From Callorhinchus milii (lineage: Eukaryota): 60,000 nucleotides of DNA. The notes beneath the pieces were generated by a model. It was not told the origin of the DNA. It worked only from the letters and a program-made list of their open reading frames with translations, and did no database searches. A program made the position numbers and the translations under genes. The stretch is from the NCBI RefSeq assembly GCF_018977255.1, contig NW_024704742.1, forward strand, positions 28,956,001-29,016,000, in the 5' to 3' direction. Position 1 is the stretch's first letter; every line of letters begins with the position of its first letter. Positions 39,911 through 52,229 of this stretch are shown here, one piece after another.

Positions 39911-40984
39911 CATTTGGTTGCATTGTTATCGGAAACCTAGTGGGAAGAATTCTGTTCCCCCAATGACTTGCCTACCACTCCAACTTTGATCAGTAAGGTA
40001 GGCAGGCTTGTCAGTTATCAGCAGTGCCCTGGAGTACTACATACGTGCTTGGCTCCAGTATCGGATCACCTCCCACATAAAAAGTAACAAATTAGTCAGT
40101 AGACAGCAGATTTTACAACTTGTAGTTCTTGCTAATTGGTTATATCAAAGCATTAACAGGTATCACAGCAAGAAGGAAAACAAGACAACCTGCATATTCA
40201 GGACACCTCGGACACCTAGCAGAACTGTTGCTGAACTCTGGAAGTCTATTGTATGACCTCTCCAGCCTTAGGGTTGTCAGAAATGAGATTCAAGTCCGAG
40301 CAGAGTACTGGTCAGTGTGAGACATGTTTGATGGTCTGCACTAACAGTAGGATTGCAGGCAGCTTAGTTTCACTCTTATGCATTTCTATGGATCAAGCAA
40401 AAAACAACTGAGGGTGATCTTTCTCTCAGCTACTTCTGTGCCACTTTGAAGAGGACTATGAGAGCAACTCAGGTTGGCTGTCTGTCCGCTTTGCCTCTTT
40501 TCCTGTTTCCTTAGTTCCCTTCTCCGACAGCCCAGCAATCAAACTAAATGGAGAAACAAGGAGCATCATTGACACCTAGTGATTATTTATCCAGCTGAAG
40601 GCATACTCCTTTGTGAAAAGCTTTTGCTTCTTGACAAAATAAATGAAAGCCATTTCAAAAGCCAAATCACATGGCCTTTCCCACACATTACATAACAGGA
40701 GAAATGGGTTAAGGAAGTGAAAGCATCAGTGCTTTAATTGGACTGGTAGATATTAAATTGTAACTGTAAAAAGAGAGAACAATATGTGTTAAAATAATAT
40801 TATGTACAGCACAGGAATGATGTGAAACATAGACCTGAGCTTGCATTCACAATATGAATGAATGAATTTTGTTATGCATAATTAAAGGTTAGTTTGGCTC
40901 TACTGAAGATGGCCTTTGATAAAGTAGTCCTTTGCTGTTTAGCTTGGTCTTAAGCTAATACTCTGCCTTCCTTATCTTATGCAG

Positions 40985-41029
40985 GTTTTACTTGAATTTT
41001 GTCACCGAGGAGGTAGAAAAGCCAGAGAA
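40985..41029 (+). CDS. slc7a11: xCT exon 6 equivalent (45 bp)
   Basis: cttatcttatgcAG|G TTT TAC TTG...GAG AA|GTgagt. Encodes FYLNFVTEEVEKPE(K) (human FYLNFVTEEVENPEK). Confidence 0.95.
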
Positions 41030-41417
41030 GTGAGTTATAAAAATTAATTCTCTTGCAATTTTTTTTTGTTGCCGGCAAAGAAATGTCTGACAAGCGTTTG
41101 ATGTGTTCAGAAAAATGTTTGTTTTGACCTTTCTTAAAACCAAATATCCCCGTGGTATCCCTGGTCCATACAAGCTGAAATAACATTGCCCTCATGGAAT
41201 ACGGCGCGGTGTGTGCTTCTTCACCCTGGAGTCTAACTTGTGGTCTAAATTTAGAAATTCCTTAAGTATCAAAAATGAATTTCCCATCCCGTATGTTCCA
41301 GAGGCAGACTTTTCTCCACACCCTCTCCTCCAACCCACACGTACTGTTCTCAGTCCTGTCACCCATGAAGCTGGGTTGTTGTTAGTGCTCCATCTGTGCT
41401 CCATCACAGCTATTGAC

Positions 41418-41428
41418 TGCTGACTCAC
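41418..41428. promoter_or_regulatory. Candidate NRF2/sMAF antioxidant response element
   Basis: TGCTGACTCAC, about 390 bp downstream of exon 6. Motif match only. Confidence 0.35.
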
Positions 41429-42364
41429 AGGCAGCTCTACTCTACTCAGAAGTTTTAATGCTCTGATGAAAAAAATGCCACCTGTTCTCGTGGCCATGAG
41501 CATTCATAGCAGTGTTGACTAGCCTGTCTTCCACATATTCTGATAATTGATATTCGATACATTAGAACTTTCTAAAATTTAGTCAGCAAGTGTACAAACA
41601 TTACCTTAAGTTTTTGTTGCTGATAAATGTGTGTTTTGTGGGCACAGGGGTGTGCACCATTGCTGTTTATACTAATTTGCATCTCCTGAGGCAGGAGAGC
41701 ATGTACAGGACTAACTCAGTAAATCTGTTTCATGTTACAGGGGAATGTCAGAGCCTAGAGTGTATTATACATCATTGTCCCTGTATTTTTCTTTCTTTTT
41801 TTCTTTCTTATTTTATTTATATAGTGAAACAAAAAATAATCAATGGCATTCTGAAAGTTCGCCTTGTAATTATTTTTCCTCATTGTAATTTTATTCAGTC
41901 CTTCTAATCAGCAACAATCATTTGTGCACTGATCTTATTCCACAATACGTTCTTTAATATTTTGGACCTAATAAGAGAATTCCCTGTTGAATCCAGGTGG
42001 TGTGATCAATGAGAAAGCATGACAATAAGATCAGAAAATGCCCTCTATGATTTTTCTAAGAACCAATGTGAGAAATTTATTTCTCTCTGTTATAACTGGG
42101 CAATAACTTAAACATACGTGTATTTGATCTAAAAAAAGAGATCTGTCTCACTCCCTGTTAATGTCGGTTGAGGTTTTAGAGAAACATATCAGTGTTTAAT
42201 ATCCCATTTATACAAAGGGAAATGTGCAGATTATCCTCCTCATTGTGCTATATTACTTGTGAAGTATTAGGAGAGAGGCGAGGAATATTATTGTCGAAAG
42301 TGTGTCTCCATATGGAAGATCCACAGAGTATCTTCACTTTCCATGTATATATGGTTATATATAT

Positions 42365-42670
42365 CAGTGGTTAGAGCACTCATTTTGCAAGCAAGAGACC
42401 TGAGTTCAATACCAGACAGGGCGAAACCTTGGGCGAGTTTCCTTACTCCACACGCCTAATAATAATCCCTCCAAAAAAACAAAAACAATAATAAATTGGT
42501 CATTTTCAATCTACGACTGTTTGTGGGACACTGCTGTGCGCAATTGGCTGCCGCATTCACTCACAAATATATAGTCAATTCACTTTACAGTATATTCTGT
42601 GAAGCGCTTTGGGACGTCTAGAAGACGTGAAAAGCTCTATATCCAATGCAAGGATTATTATTATTATTAT
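42365..42670 (+). mobile_element. tRNA SINE, short subfamily
   Basis: cagtggttagagcactcattttgcaagc..gagttcaatacc..gcaaggattattatt. Confidence 0.9.
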
Positions 42671-43154
42671 ATATATATATATGTTATGTGGCCCTTTTTT
42701 CCCGAGCCAGTAATCACTTACAGCAATCTTGCTGGCTGCTTTATTCATCTATTCTGGGATAGATCAGGCATTCTGCCTCTTAATAGGTCAAAGAGAGCCA
42801 AATAAAGTGAAGACCTACAGAGTCAAGATGCACACCAATAACAGAAATGAAAGTTGAATGAAGTTGCCGCACTTTGATTCTTTCTTTCTAAAAGACCATT
42901 TTGTTAACTCTGGCACTCTCTGTAATATCAGAGTTCATCCTGTTAGAGGTAATCCATTTAGAAGTTGGCACCATTGACCTTCATTATATACTCATTCTCT
43001 AATAGGGTACGTTGCTACAGAACAACAGCAACTGCATTGATTCATCATTAAATATCTCAGATAATTACAGCAATCCTTGCATTTGACAAAGCACCTATAC
43101 ATGAAAATGTCTGAAAGTGCTTTGTAGGTAATTAAAGTCTAAGTGTAGTGACCT

Positions 43155-43756
43155 CACAACAGACGCAGCTGAAACCCTCATCCACTCCTTTGTCACTTCC
43201 CAGCTGGACTATTCCAATGCCCACCTCACTGGTCCCGCCATCTCCACCATACACAAAATCCAATTAATCCAAAACTCCGCCACCCGGATACTCACCTGCA
43301 TAAAACTCCGTACTCCCATCACACCAGTCTTTGCCAAGCTGCACTGGCTTCCAATTACTGCACGGATCGATATCAAGATCCTCACACTCGTTTTTAAATC
43401 CCTTCATGCCCTTGCACCTCCCTACCTATCGATTTGCTTATCCCCCACTGCCCCACCATCTGCCTCAGCTTGTCTGGTTCCAGCCTCCTGTTTGTCCTGC
43501 ATCCCTCTGCTCCACCATCGGCGGTCGTGCTTCAGCTACTGCGACCCCAAATTCTGGAACTCTCTCCCTCAGTCCCTCTGCCTTACCCCGTCCCTCCCCA
43601 CCTTCAAATCCCACCTAAAGACCTTCATCTTTGAGCGTGCTTACGGGCATCTCCCCCCCTCCTCTCCCCCTGGCTCATTGTCAGACTTCACCAATGTGAA
43701 GCGCTCCGGGACACTACTCCGCGTAAAGGATGCTACATAAATGCAAGTTGTTGTTG
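43155..43756 (+). mobile_element. L2 LINE 3' fragment (distinct tail subtype)
   Basis: [22 protein letters not shown] ORF2 C-terminus, with tail gtgaagcgctccgggacactactccgcgtaaaggatgctacataaatgcaagttgttgttg. Confidence 0.88.
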
Positions 43757-44053
43757 ACTACATTCTGCAGACTACATTCTGCCAGTTTGCGAACAGCAAG
43801 GTCCCACCAAAGAATTATAGAATATTGCGGCACAGAAGGAGGCCATTCGGCTCATCGTGCCTGTGACAGCTCTGTGAAAGAGCTATCCAACTAGCCCCAC
43901 TCTTATCCCATAGCGCCACAAATTTTTCCTTTTCAAATCATAGAATTATACAGCACAAAAAGAGGACATTCGGCCCATCATGTCTGTGATGGGTATTATT
44001 TTCAAGTAGCTATCCAATTCCTTTTTGAAAGCAACAATCAAATCTCATTAATT

Positions 44054-44655
44054 TTCATAATTTGTGTGTAAAGCTTGCCTACTGTGATATTATCATCACT
44101 TAAATAATCAAACTGTTGCTATGGGCACAGCAAACAGCTTAGAAAGTAAATATGAATCTTTGGTTGCAGAGGTTACCCACAAATATACACAAATATCCCA
44201 CAAATGTATCCACAAGTTTACCCACAAATATACAGTCAATTCATTTTACAGCATATTCTGTGAAGGGCTTTGAGACGTCTAGAAGACATGAAAAGCGCTA
44301 TATCAAATGCAAGGATTATTATTATTATAAAATACATGACACTAACCAACAGCTATACCCCAGCAGTGCAGTCATTTCTTTTATTCATTGCTCACTCTTC
44401 TCTCCATTTACTGTAATTACTGTGCAAGTTTCTCAGCAGTTTGCACATCTCCTTTTATCAGACCATTCTGTTGCATACACATTTTGAACAGCTGGGTTGC
44501 CATGACATATTTCTTCCTGCTGCGATCTATGGGTAAACTCGGCAACCAAGGATTCATATTTACTTTCTAAGCTGTTTGCTGTGCCCATAGCAACAGTTTG
44601 ATTATTTAAGTGATGATGATATCACAGTAGGCAAGCTTTACACACAAATTATGAA
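44054..44655. repeat. Inverted repeat with 126-bp arms (44054-44179 / 44530-44655)
   Basis: The arms are reverse complements with about 4 mismatches. Confidence 0.95.
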
Positions 44656-45384
44656 TCCACAGCAACATAATTTATCAATTTGATTCTGAGCAGGGGTATG
44701 GTGGGGGGGGGGGAAGACATCATGTTAGCCCTTGTAACCTAAATAGGAGGGTCAAAGAGGACGAATGTAAAGAGAGTAGTAAAAAAAAAAGGCACATGCA
44801 TTAAATGGAAAGAGGTGTGGGTGACGTATTGAAAGGAATAATATCATTGTTGTGACTTAGCTCCACTTTGAGGTCTGCTTATAAATTACAAAATAAACCC
44901 AGCAGTATGAAATCTATTCTTTACTTAAAAAAGACTATAATTCACTTTTTCCCCATCGCTGAAATGCTTCTATATGTGGATCATTTGTTTGTTTGCCTCC
45001 ATTCATCTGTGTTCGATTTTGATGGTCAAGCATTGTACAGATCCCTCCATGCTTTCCATAAGCCCATCTGAGAGGAAACTATGGGACTGAAGAGACAACT
45101 GGTTGGCACTGGGTAGCCAAGTATCACAGGGACATGACAACAGCGGAAGAGAAAATTCCATTGATTGGGTAGTGTAGACTAGAGAAATATTTACTCACCT
45201 TGTAACCCACAAACCGTATAGACTGGAATTGATCCCAATCATCCGAAATTGCTACATTTAATATGATTGGTAGATACATTCATTTCATGGGTTACTTGCT
45301 GATTAATTAAGATGATCCTAGCTACAGACCTCTCCGCACCAGTAGCAAAATGTATCAAGCAGCAGGTGAGAACTGTTGTCTACC

Positions 45385-46242
45385 TTATAAGAACATAACA
45401 TAAGAATTTGTTGCCGAAAGAAGACCAAGGTCCATCTAATTCACCTTCCACCACCCTGGCAGTCGTACTGTATCCCGAGATATTATTTTCTAACAGAAAT
45501 CTATCTAAGTTGTTCTTGAAACAAACAATATTTTCTGCTTTCACTCTCTCCCTAGGGAGCCTGTTCATAAGTTACTATTCGCTTACTGAAGTAGTGTTTC
45601 CACAGATTTGTTCTAAATTTCCCCCCCTTAAATTACAAGCCATGTTCTCTGGTTCTACTGTTCAGTACAAGATAAAACAGCTTATCATGATCTACATTAT
45701 CTATTCCCTTCAGAATCTTAAAGGCCGTAATCATATCGCCCCTCGACCTCTTCTCCAGTGTGAAATGCCCAGTTTATTCGCTTCTCATAGTCCAGTCCCT
45801 CCATCATTTAAATTATTTTGGTTGTCCTCTGTATCCTCTCAATCGCTGCAATATCCTTTTTATATTGTGGTGACCAGAACTGTACACAGTATTCCAAGTG
45901 TGGTCACACTAGTGATTTATAAAGTGGCAGGATTACCTCAGTATTTTGGCTCAATATTGCTCTTTTAATATAAGCCAGCATTGGTTTGCCTTACTCACTG
46001 CTGCCGAGCACTGTTACATTTGCTTCAATTTATTATCAATCGGGATCCCCAGGTCCTTTTCATTATCCTAACAGATTATTTTATTACCATTTAAATAATA
46101 GTCCCTTCCTAGATTTTTTGTCACCATATTGTCACTTTGCATTTCTCTACATTAGATTTCACCCGCCATCGGTCTGCCCAATTCCCAAGAATGTTCAAGT
46201 CCTCCTGTAACCTATCCTGATCATCTTTGCAGTCTACCACCT
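45385..46242 (-). mobile_element. CR1 LINE 3' region
   Basis: taagaacataacataagaa terminal repeat. Minus-strand peptide NRLPRERVKAENIVCFKNNLDRFL, plus gaccagaactgtacacagtattccaagtgtgg. Confidence 0.88.
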
Positions 46243-46431
46243 TCAAACAATAATTAAATTGGTCATTTTCAATCTACGACTGTTTGTGGGACATTGCTGT
46301 GCGCAATTGGCTGCCGCGTTCGCCCACAAATATACAGTCAATTCACTTTACAGTGTGTTCTGTGAAGCGCTTTGGGACGTCCCCCCGACGTGAAAAGCGC
46401 TATATCAAATGCAAGGATTATTATTATTATT
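46243..46431 (+). mobile_element. Young 5'-truncated tRNA SINE
   Basis: Almost identical to the reverse complement of 6681-6870. Confidence 0.9.
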
Positions 46432-48258
46432 AGCTTTGTGTACTTGTGACTCGTAGCTCCAGTTTGCTAAGAAAGGAAACACTTTAGCACATTCCACCTA
46501 CTGGCTAGGCCAAGAACTGTTTGAACACATCCGTTTGAGAAAAGTGAGTTCAAGGGTCTCACAACTGCAACTCAAACATGTGATCCTCTGATCACAACAG
46601 ACATCCTCAGCTTCTTGAATTACATGGTGCTAGCGCCCTGACGCTTCTTAAGCAAAGGTGTCTTAAAAATATGAACTGTGCTTATAAGATACACAAAGCC
46701 TGAAATTCTACCTGGTCTTTCTTAAATTTCAAGATCATGCATAATTGTGGAATATTCTTAAAGTCTGTTAATTTGAAAGTTGTTTCTTTTTATGAACTAT
46801 GGTAAACTGGGGGTGGGGGGGGGGTGGTGGGGGGGGAAGGGGGCACGATTGGGGCTGACATTTTTGCAGTCAATATAATTCCAGAAGGTTTTTGTGCAGC
46901 CAATTTTCTGTTTGCCTTTTAACATGCAATAAGCAGGAGGCTTGTTGTTTGTGGCTGCGAATCGGGATATCACACGTCAGCGAAGCAGCTGCCCAGCAAG
47001 CTGGAGATCAGAAAGGCAAGCCAAGCAGAATTGACTTTCTTTTAAGGAAATAACACTGCTCAGTGAGCACTTTTATCTACAATAAGGAGTTACGAGTGAC
47101 TGTCACTTTAATACCCTGGATTACCAGATGGTCCATTGCATTCACTGGCAGCAGTCTACAGCTGGAACAGGCACCAAAAGGGAATCTCTTGTCCACTGAC
47201 CTTAGCTCACAGGATGGAAGTGGAGTGTGTGCTCGAGTAGGTTAAAGGTTAACTGTGCAACACATTGTGTAAGCATGTAGCTTCTGTGAGGTCAACCCAG
47301 ATGGGGACCTCTCAGCTTTTATTTGAATTTTCTCAGGAACTTGAAGCAAGGTGTAAGATTAGGGGGGAAATTCAAAGACCCAGCCAAAAAAGAAATGCGG
47401 TAGGAAAACCATGCCTTTTAGTGATATTTGTAATAAGAGCAGAGGATTAACATTCCCGCATTATACTACAGCATTACTGCTTCCAGTAACCCCAATGTCA
47501 GCAGCAGTATTTCAGTGTTAAAGGGGCATCACTAACCAGGAGCCACCAAGACATGGTTCTAAGAAAGGAAACACTTTGGACTTTGGACTTGAACTCATGT
47601 ACTCTACGCTGACACTCCAGTGCAGTGCTGGAAGTGTGCTGCGCTGTCAGAGGTGCCGTCCTTCGGACAAGACATTAAAACCGAGGTCTTGCCTGTCTGT
47701 TCAGATGATCGTTAAGGTACCCGTGGGACTAATCGAAAAGAATGGGAGTTTCTCCTGGTGTCCTGGCCAACAGCAAAGTCATTACTAGTAGCTTAACATA
47801 AAAGTAGGAACATGTGGGTCAGTAAATTACCATAATGGTCTATTTGTCTTGTGCCAAAGTAAATAAATCATTTTTTTCAAAAGAATAAATAATGCTACAT
47901 TACACTCTCACTCATAGCCCTCAACTGAATTTATAGAAGCTTTTAAACTGCGCTGGTGCTGCTGTTTTCATTGTTGCCGCTGGTGGTGTGGAAGCTGCCC
48001 TGGACTGCAAAGAGGGCAAATTCAAAAACCTCAGGGGCTCCAGTGTGTGATAGAAGCACTTCTTATTCGCAAAGTTTCTGCAAAAGAAAAGGATTGTTTA
48101 TGATTCCATTAAACCTTCAGAGAGTGCTTTACTTCTGCATTCATTTTCCTGTACAAACCCTGTGGCATCAAGCTTTCTGTGTTTTCGAGTTGAGTCAGAG
48201 ACTGGGTAGAAGCATTTGGAGATACTGCATTCTGTTTTGAAACCATTCCCACTTGTGT

Positions 48259-51200
48259 CAACAACAACAACTTGCACTTATACAGTGCCCTCCACACAGG
48301 GCAGCGTCTCAGAGCGCTTAACAGTGGCAGACCTGACTTCAAGTCGGGGTGGGAGGAGGTGACCATAAGCACGGTCAAAAAGGAAAGTTTTCAGGTGGGA
48401 CTTGAAAGAGGACAATGCGGAGAGATTTAAGTTACAGAGCTTTGGGGCACAGTGGCTGAAAACGTGACCTCAGTGGAGTGGAGGGTGCGATGGACAAACA
48501 GGAGGCCAGTGCCAGTTGAGCGGGGGCACCGGGTGGTGGATTAGGGAGTGAGGAGGTCGGAGCGGTAGGGAGGTGCCAGGGAGCGAAGGGATATGAACAT
48601 GAGTGTGAGGAACTTGAATTTGATCTGTTCAGTGATGGGGAGCCAGTGGAGCCTGGCCAGGACTGGTGAAATGGGGATACGGAGTTTGGTCAGGGTCAGT
48701 ATGCAGGCAGCAGAGTTCTGAATGAGCTGGATCTTTTGAATGGTGGAGCTGGGGAAACCAGCGAGGAGTGCATTGGAGTAAATCAAGCGAGAGGGAGGTG
48801 ACAAACACATGCACGCGGGTTTCGGCTGCATTTGGGCTAAGGTATGGTCGGAAACGGGCAATGCGGTGGAGGTGGAAGACGGTCCTGGTCAGGGACCGGA
48901 TATGGGGGAGGAAGGACACCTGGGGGTCAAATCGAACGCCTAGGTTGCGCACTGGTTCAGTGAGTCTGAGGGAGAGCCCAGGGAGTTTGAAGAGTTCAGA
49001 TCCTCAGGAATGAAGACGTTGACTTTGGTCTTGTATATAATAATAATAATAATCCTTGCATTTGATATAGCGCTTTTCACATCTTCTAGACGTCCCAAAG
49101 CGCTTCACAGAATATACTGTAAAGTGAATTGACTGTATATTTGTGGGCGAACGCAGCAGCCAATTGCGCACAGCAGTGTCCCACAAGCAGTCGTAGATTG
49201 AAAATGACCAATTTATTATTGGGTTTTTTTTGGAGGGATTATTATATTCAGCTGCAGGAAGTTTATACTCATCCAGGCCCTGATGTCTGCCAGCCAAGCA
49301 GATAGAACATCGGTGGGCCTGGAGTTGGTACTAGAGGAGGCAAAGTAGATTTGTGTGTCGTCCGCATACATGGGGAAGTTTACCCCGTGTCTGCGGATGA
49401 CATCGCCCAGAGGGAGCATATAGATGAGGAAAAGAAGAGGGCCAAGGATGGAGCCAGGGGTAACCTGCAGGTGACTGCGCAAGAGTGGGAGGAGAAACCA
49501 TTTTCTGAGATCGAGGATGGGTTTTTTAAGGAGGGTGTGATGACAGCGGTTTTTAGGAGGAGTGGAATAGAGCCTGAGGAGAGAGACTGATTGACCATGT
49601 CGGCCAGCAGGGGCGAGTGAAGGGGCAGTTGAGTGACCAGCAGTTGGGTGGGGAGGGAGTCGAGGCAGCAGGCAATGAACTTCATGTGGGTGATTATGGT
49701 TGAGGGAGGAGGGAGAAATGGGGGCAAAGGAGTATAAGGAGGGTTGAGTGGCAGGAGCTGTGACGGAGGGAGAAGGCAGTGTGGATGGTCTGGGTGAGAT
49801 GGAAAGGGACATAGGTGGGGAGGACGATGCAGCCAGGTGGATGTTTTCAATCTTTGAGGCGAAGTGGTCTAGGACCTCTTCACACTTGGGCATTTCATGT
49901 AAGAAGCTAGAGGAGATGCATGGAGGAGGTGATGGATGGTGGAAAACAGTGTAATTGGGTTGTTTTTGGCCTCCACAATAACTTTGGAGTAAAAGTCAGT
50001 TTTGGACTGTGAAAGGGAGAGGCGGTAGGTGTGGAGGTGCTGCCATCTCCTGGATTTCCGCCACCTGCGCTCGAGTATCGGGGTTTGGGTTTTAAGTGAG
50101 CGGTAATGGCTGTTGTACTAGGGGGAGTGGGTGGATTTGGAAACTGCACCTGGAGGGCCAGAGGGAGCAGAGGTCCGAGGAGGAGAGGGCATTTGTGAGG
50201 GACTCAGGGGGGGAGCTTTTTCCAAGGGTGGAAAAAAATGGTAGAGGACTTGGAAGAAGGGAGGGGGATGTGGGAGGGAGATAAAGAAGTGGTCCAAGAT
50301 GGCCTTGTCCGTGATGAACAGGTCAGAAATGCCAAGGCCATGTGTGATGACGAGGTCGAGGGGGTGGCTACGGCTGTGGGTCAGTGAGTTGAGTGGTGCT
50401 CAGTGCAGAGTGACAGGGATGAGAGGGGAGGAAGAGATACCAGTGAGGAAGGAGCCAGGAGGTTTCAGGGGTAGGTAGAAGAGGAGAATTGTGAGAGAGA
50501 GAGAGAGCGAGGAGGGATGGTAGAGGATGAGGTGCTCAAAGGAGGAGAAACAGCCAGAGGATAGGGGATAGACCAAGGGAAGCTTGGGAAATGAGGGCCA
50601 CCCCGCCACCCCATTGGTTGGGACGGGTGGGGGGGTGGTGAAAAGTGTAGCCAGGAGGAGAGGCTTCAATGAGGGGGTCAGGGTCACCAGGGGAGTAAGC
50701 CCAAGAATGTCAATGTGCTCATCCAGGATGAGGTTATGGATCGTAAGGGCTTTATTGCAGAGGGAGTGGACATTTTGGAGGGAGATGCGGAGAGGTTTGC
50801 TGGTGGGGGGATGGAGGAGACAGTGGTATAGAGAGGATTTGGGGTCATGGGGGAGAAATGGCCATGGAGTTTGCGGAGCAGGGATAGTTGGGGAGGGTAC
50901 AGCTGAGGGAAGGGAAGGGGTATTTGCATTTTGGAAGTGGTTGGTGCGGAGAGAGTGAGCGATGGGATAGTTGGGGTGGCTGCTCTGGGACAACCAATGC
51001 CGGGAGCCACGATGGGCCTGGTGGAGGATACCCAGGCAGGAGCAGAGGGAGGTAATGGTGGGTTCCAGGAGAGAGAAGGTGAGGAGGCCGGTGGGAAAGA
51101 AGGACAGAGTGGGAGTAGCAGGGTGTGGGGTTAGGAGCAGGAACATTTTCAGAGGGAGTGGCTCAGGTACGGGCGGCAGCAAAAACACGCACGCAGAGAC

Positions 51201-51360
51201 TGGGAGCAAGCGATCAATGGGGCAGCGTCAGGCCATGGGCTACGGGAGACAGTGCAGGGGAAAGAGGGGTTGGTGATCCTGGTTTAGGCGCCAGAGACAG
51301 GGAGGGAAAGGAGGGAGGACAAGGTAGCAGAAGGGAATCACAGGGAAGTTTCACACACAG
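48259..51360 (-). mobile_element. Long decayed L2 LINE with APE endonuclease and RT remnants
   Basis: LQNVHSLCNKALTIHNLILDEHIDILGLT (APE N-terminus), [37 protein letters not shown] (RT YADD), and RNLGVRFDPQVSF..LARLHWLPITEQIKFK. Has a (caa)n tail, frameshifts and deletions. Confidence 0.93.
49037..49246 (-). mobile_element. tRNA SINE 3' half inserted into the L2 RT region
   Basis: SINE consensus tail interrupts L2 ORF2 after ..NFLQLN. Confidence 0.9.
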
Positions 51361-51431
51361 CAGGGCTGTCGAAGTGAAAGTATCATGTCTCCTGGGCTCC
51401 CTCAGTAAATTTTTCTCCTAATAATACGTAA

Positions 51432-52229
51432 TCTATACTAATAAAATGACAATGTCTGTCGGTCTGCATGCACTTCAAGAAGGATCTCCATAACTGATTG
51501 ACATAGAGATATGATTTTACCTCATTGGAAAGGTCTTGTACCTGGGAGTGACATGTGCTTATTTCTTTTGGGGTATCTCCTATCGTTCATGAATTATGAT
51601 CTAAAATGTATTTCAGTTTTGCGTCTTTCACTGCAGTTACGCCTGGTGGCCATTAAAATGGCGTGGTGGCATTGTGGGTCATGGAGTATGTACGTGTGTA
51701 CGCACTGCAATTTCACCCGGTGGCCACCTGGCTGACCGTGGCATTGTGCCATCCTGCGTCACAGAGCACGCACGTAGTTAAGCGGCGGCGGGAACAAAAT
51801 AAAGAACACAAACAATGCTAAGCCACGGCAACAAACAACAAAACTACATTTTTAAAGTGCCTTTCACATCGGGAGGACGTCCCAGTGGTTATAAATTACA
51901 CATTTATATTTCTCATTAGAAAGATGGCTAAGTAAAAATCAAACGTTTCAAGGAGAAGTAAAAATGCTAGACAAAAGAGAGAAGGCCCATTAAATGAAAC
52001 TGAAGAAAAAGAACAGCGCGGCTGCACTTCAGTGCTGAAAGGAATGCAACAGCGCGCCAAAATGAGTTGCCACTCCAAGAACAGCACGGCCAAAATGAAT
52101 CCTCCCACAGGCGTTCTCCCAAATGAGTATAGATAAAGATGAAATGTCTATCTGTGTGTCTGTCTGTGTGTCAATCTACATTCCATATTGGATCCTTGGA
52201 GAAAGCCTAGCTGCAATGGGCATAGCTAG
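51432..52229 (+). mobile_element. Probable non-autonomous Helitron
   Basis: 5' A|TCTATACTAATAAAA and 3' gcctagctgcaatgggcatagCTAG|T. Inserted between A and T with no target-site duplication. The interior is CpG-rich. Confidence 0.7.

Noticed and set aside
49216..51209. Longest ORFs (225 and 269 aa) as an active retroelement or novel gene
   Set aside because: These are L2 endonuclease and RT remnants with frameshifts, internal deletions and a SINE insertion.
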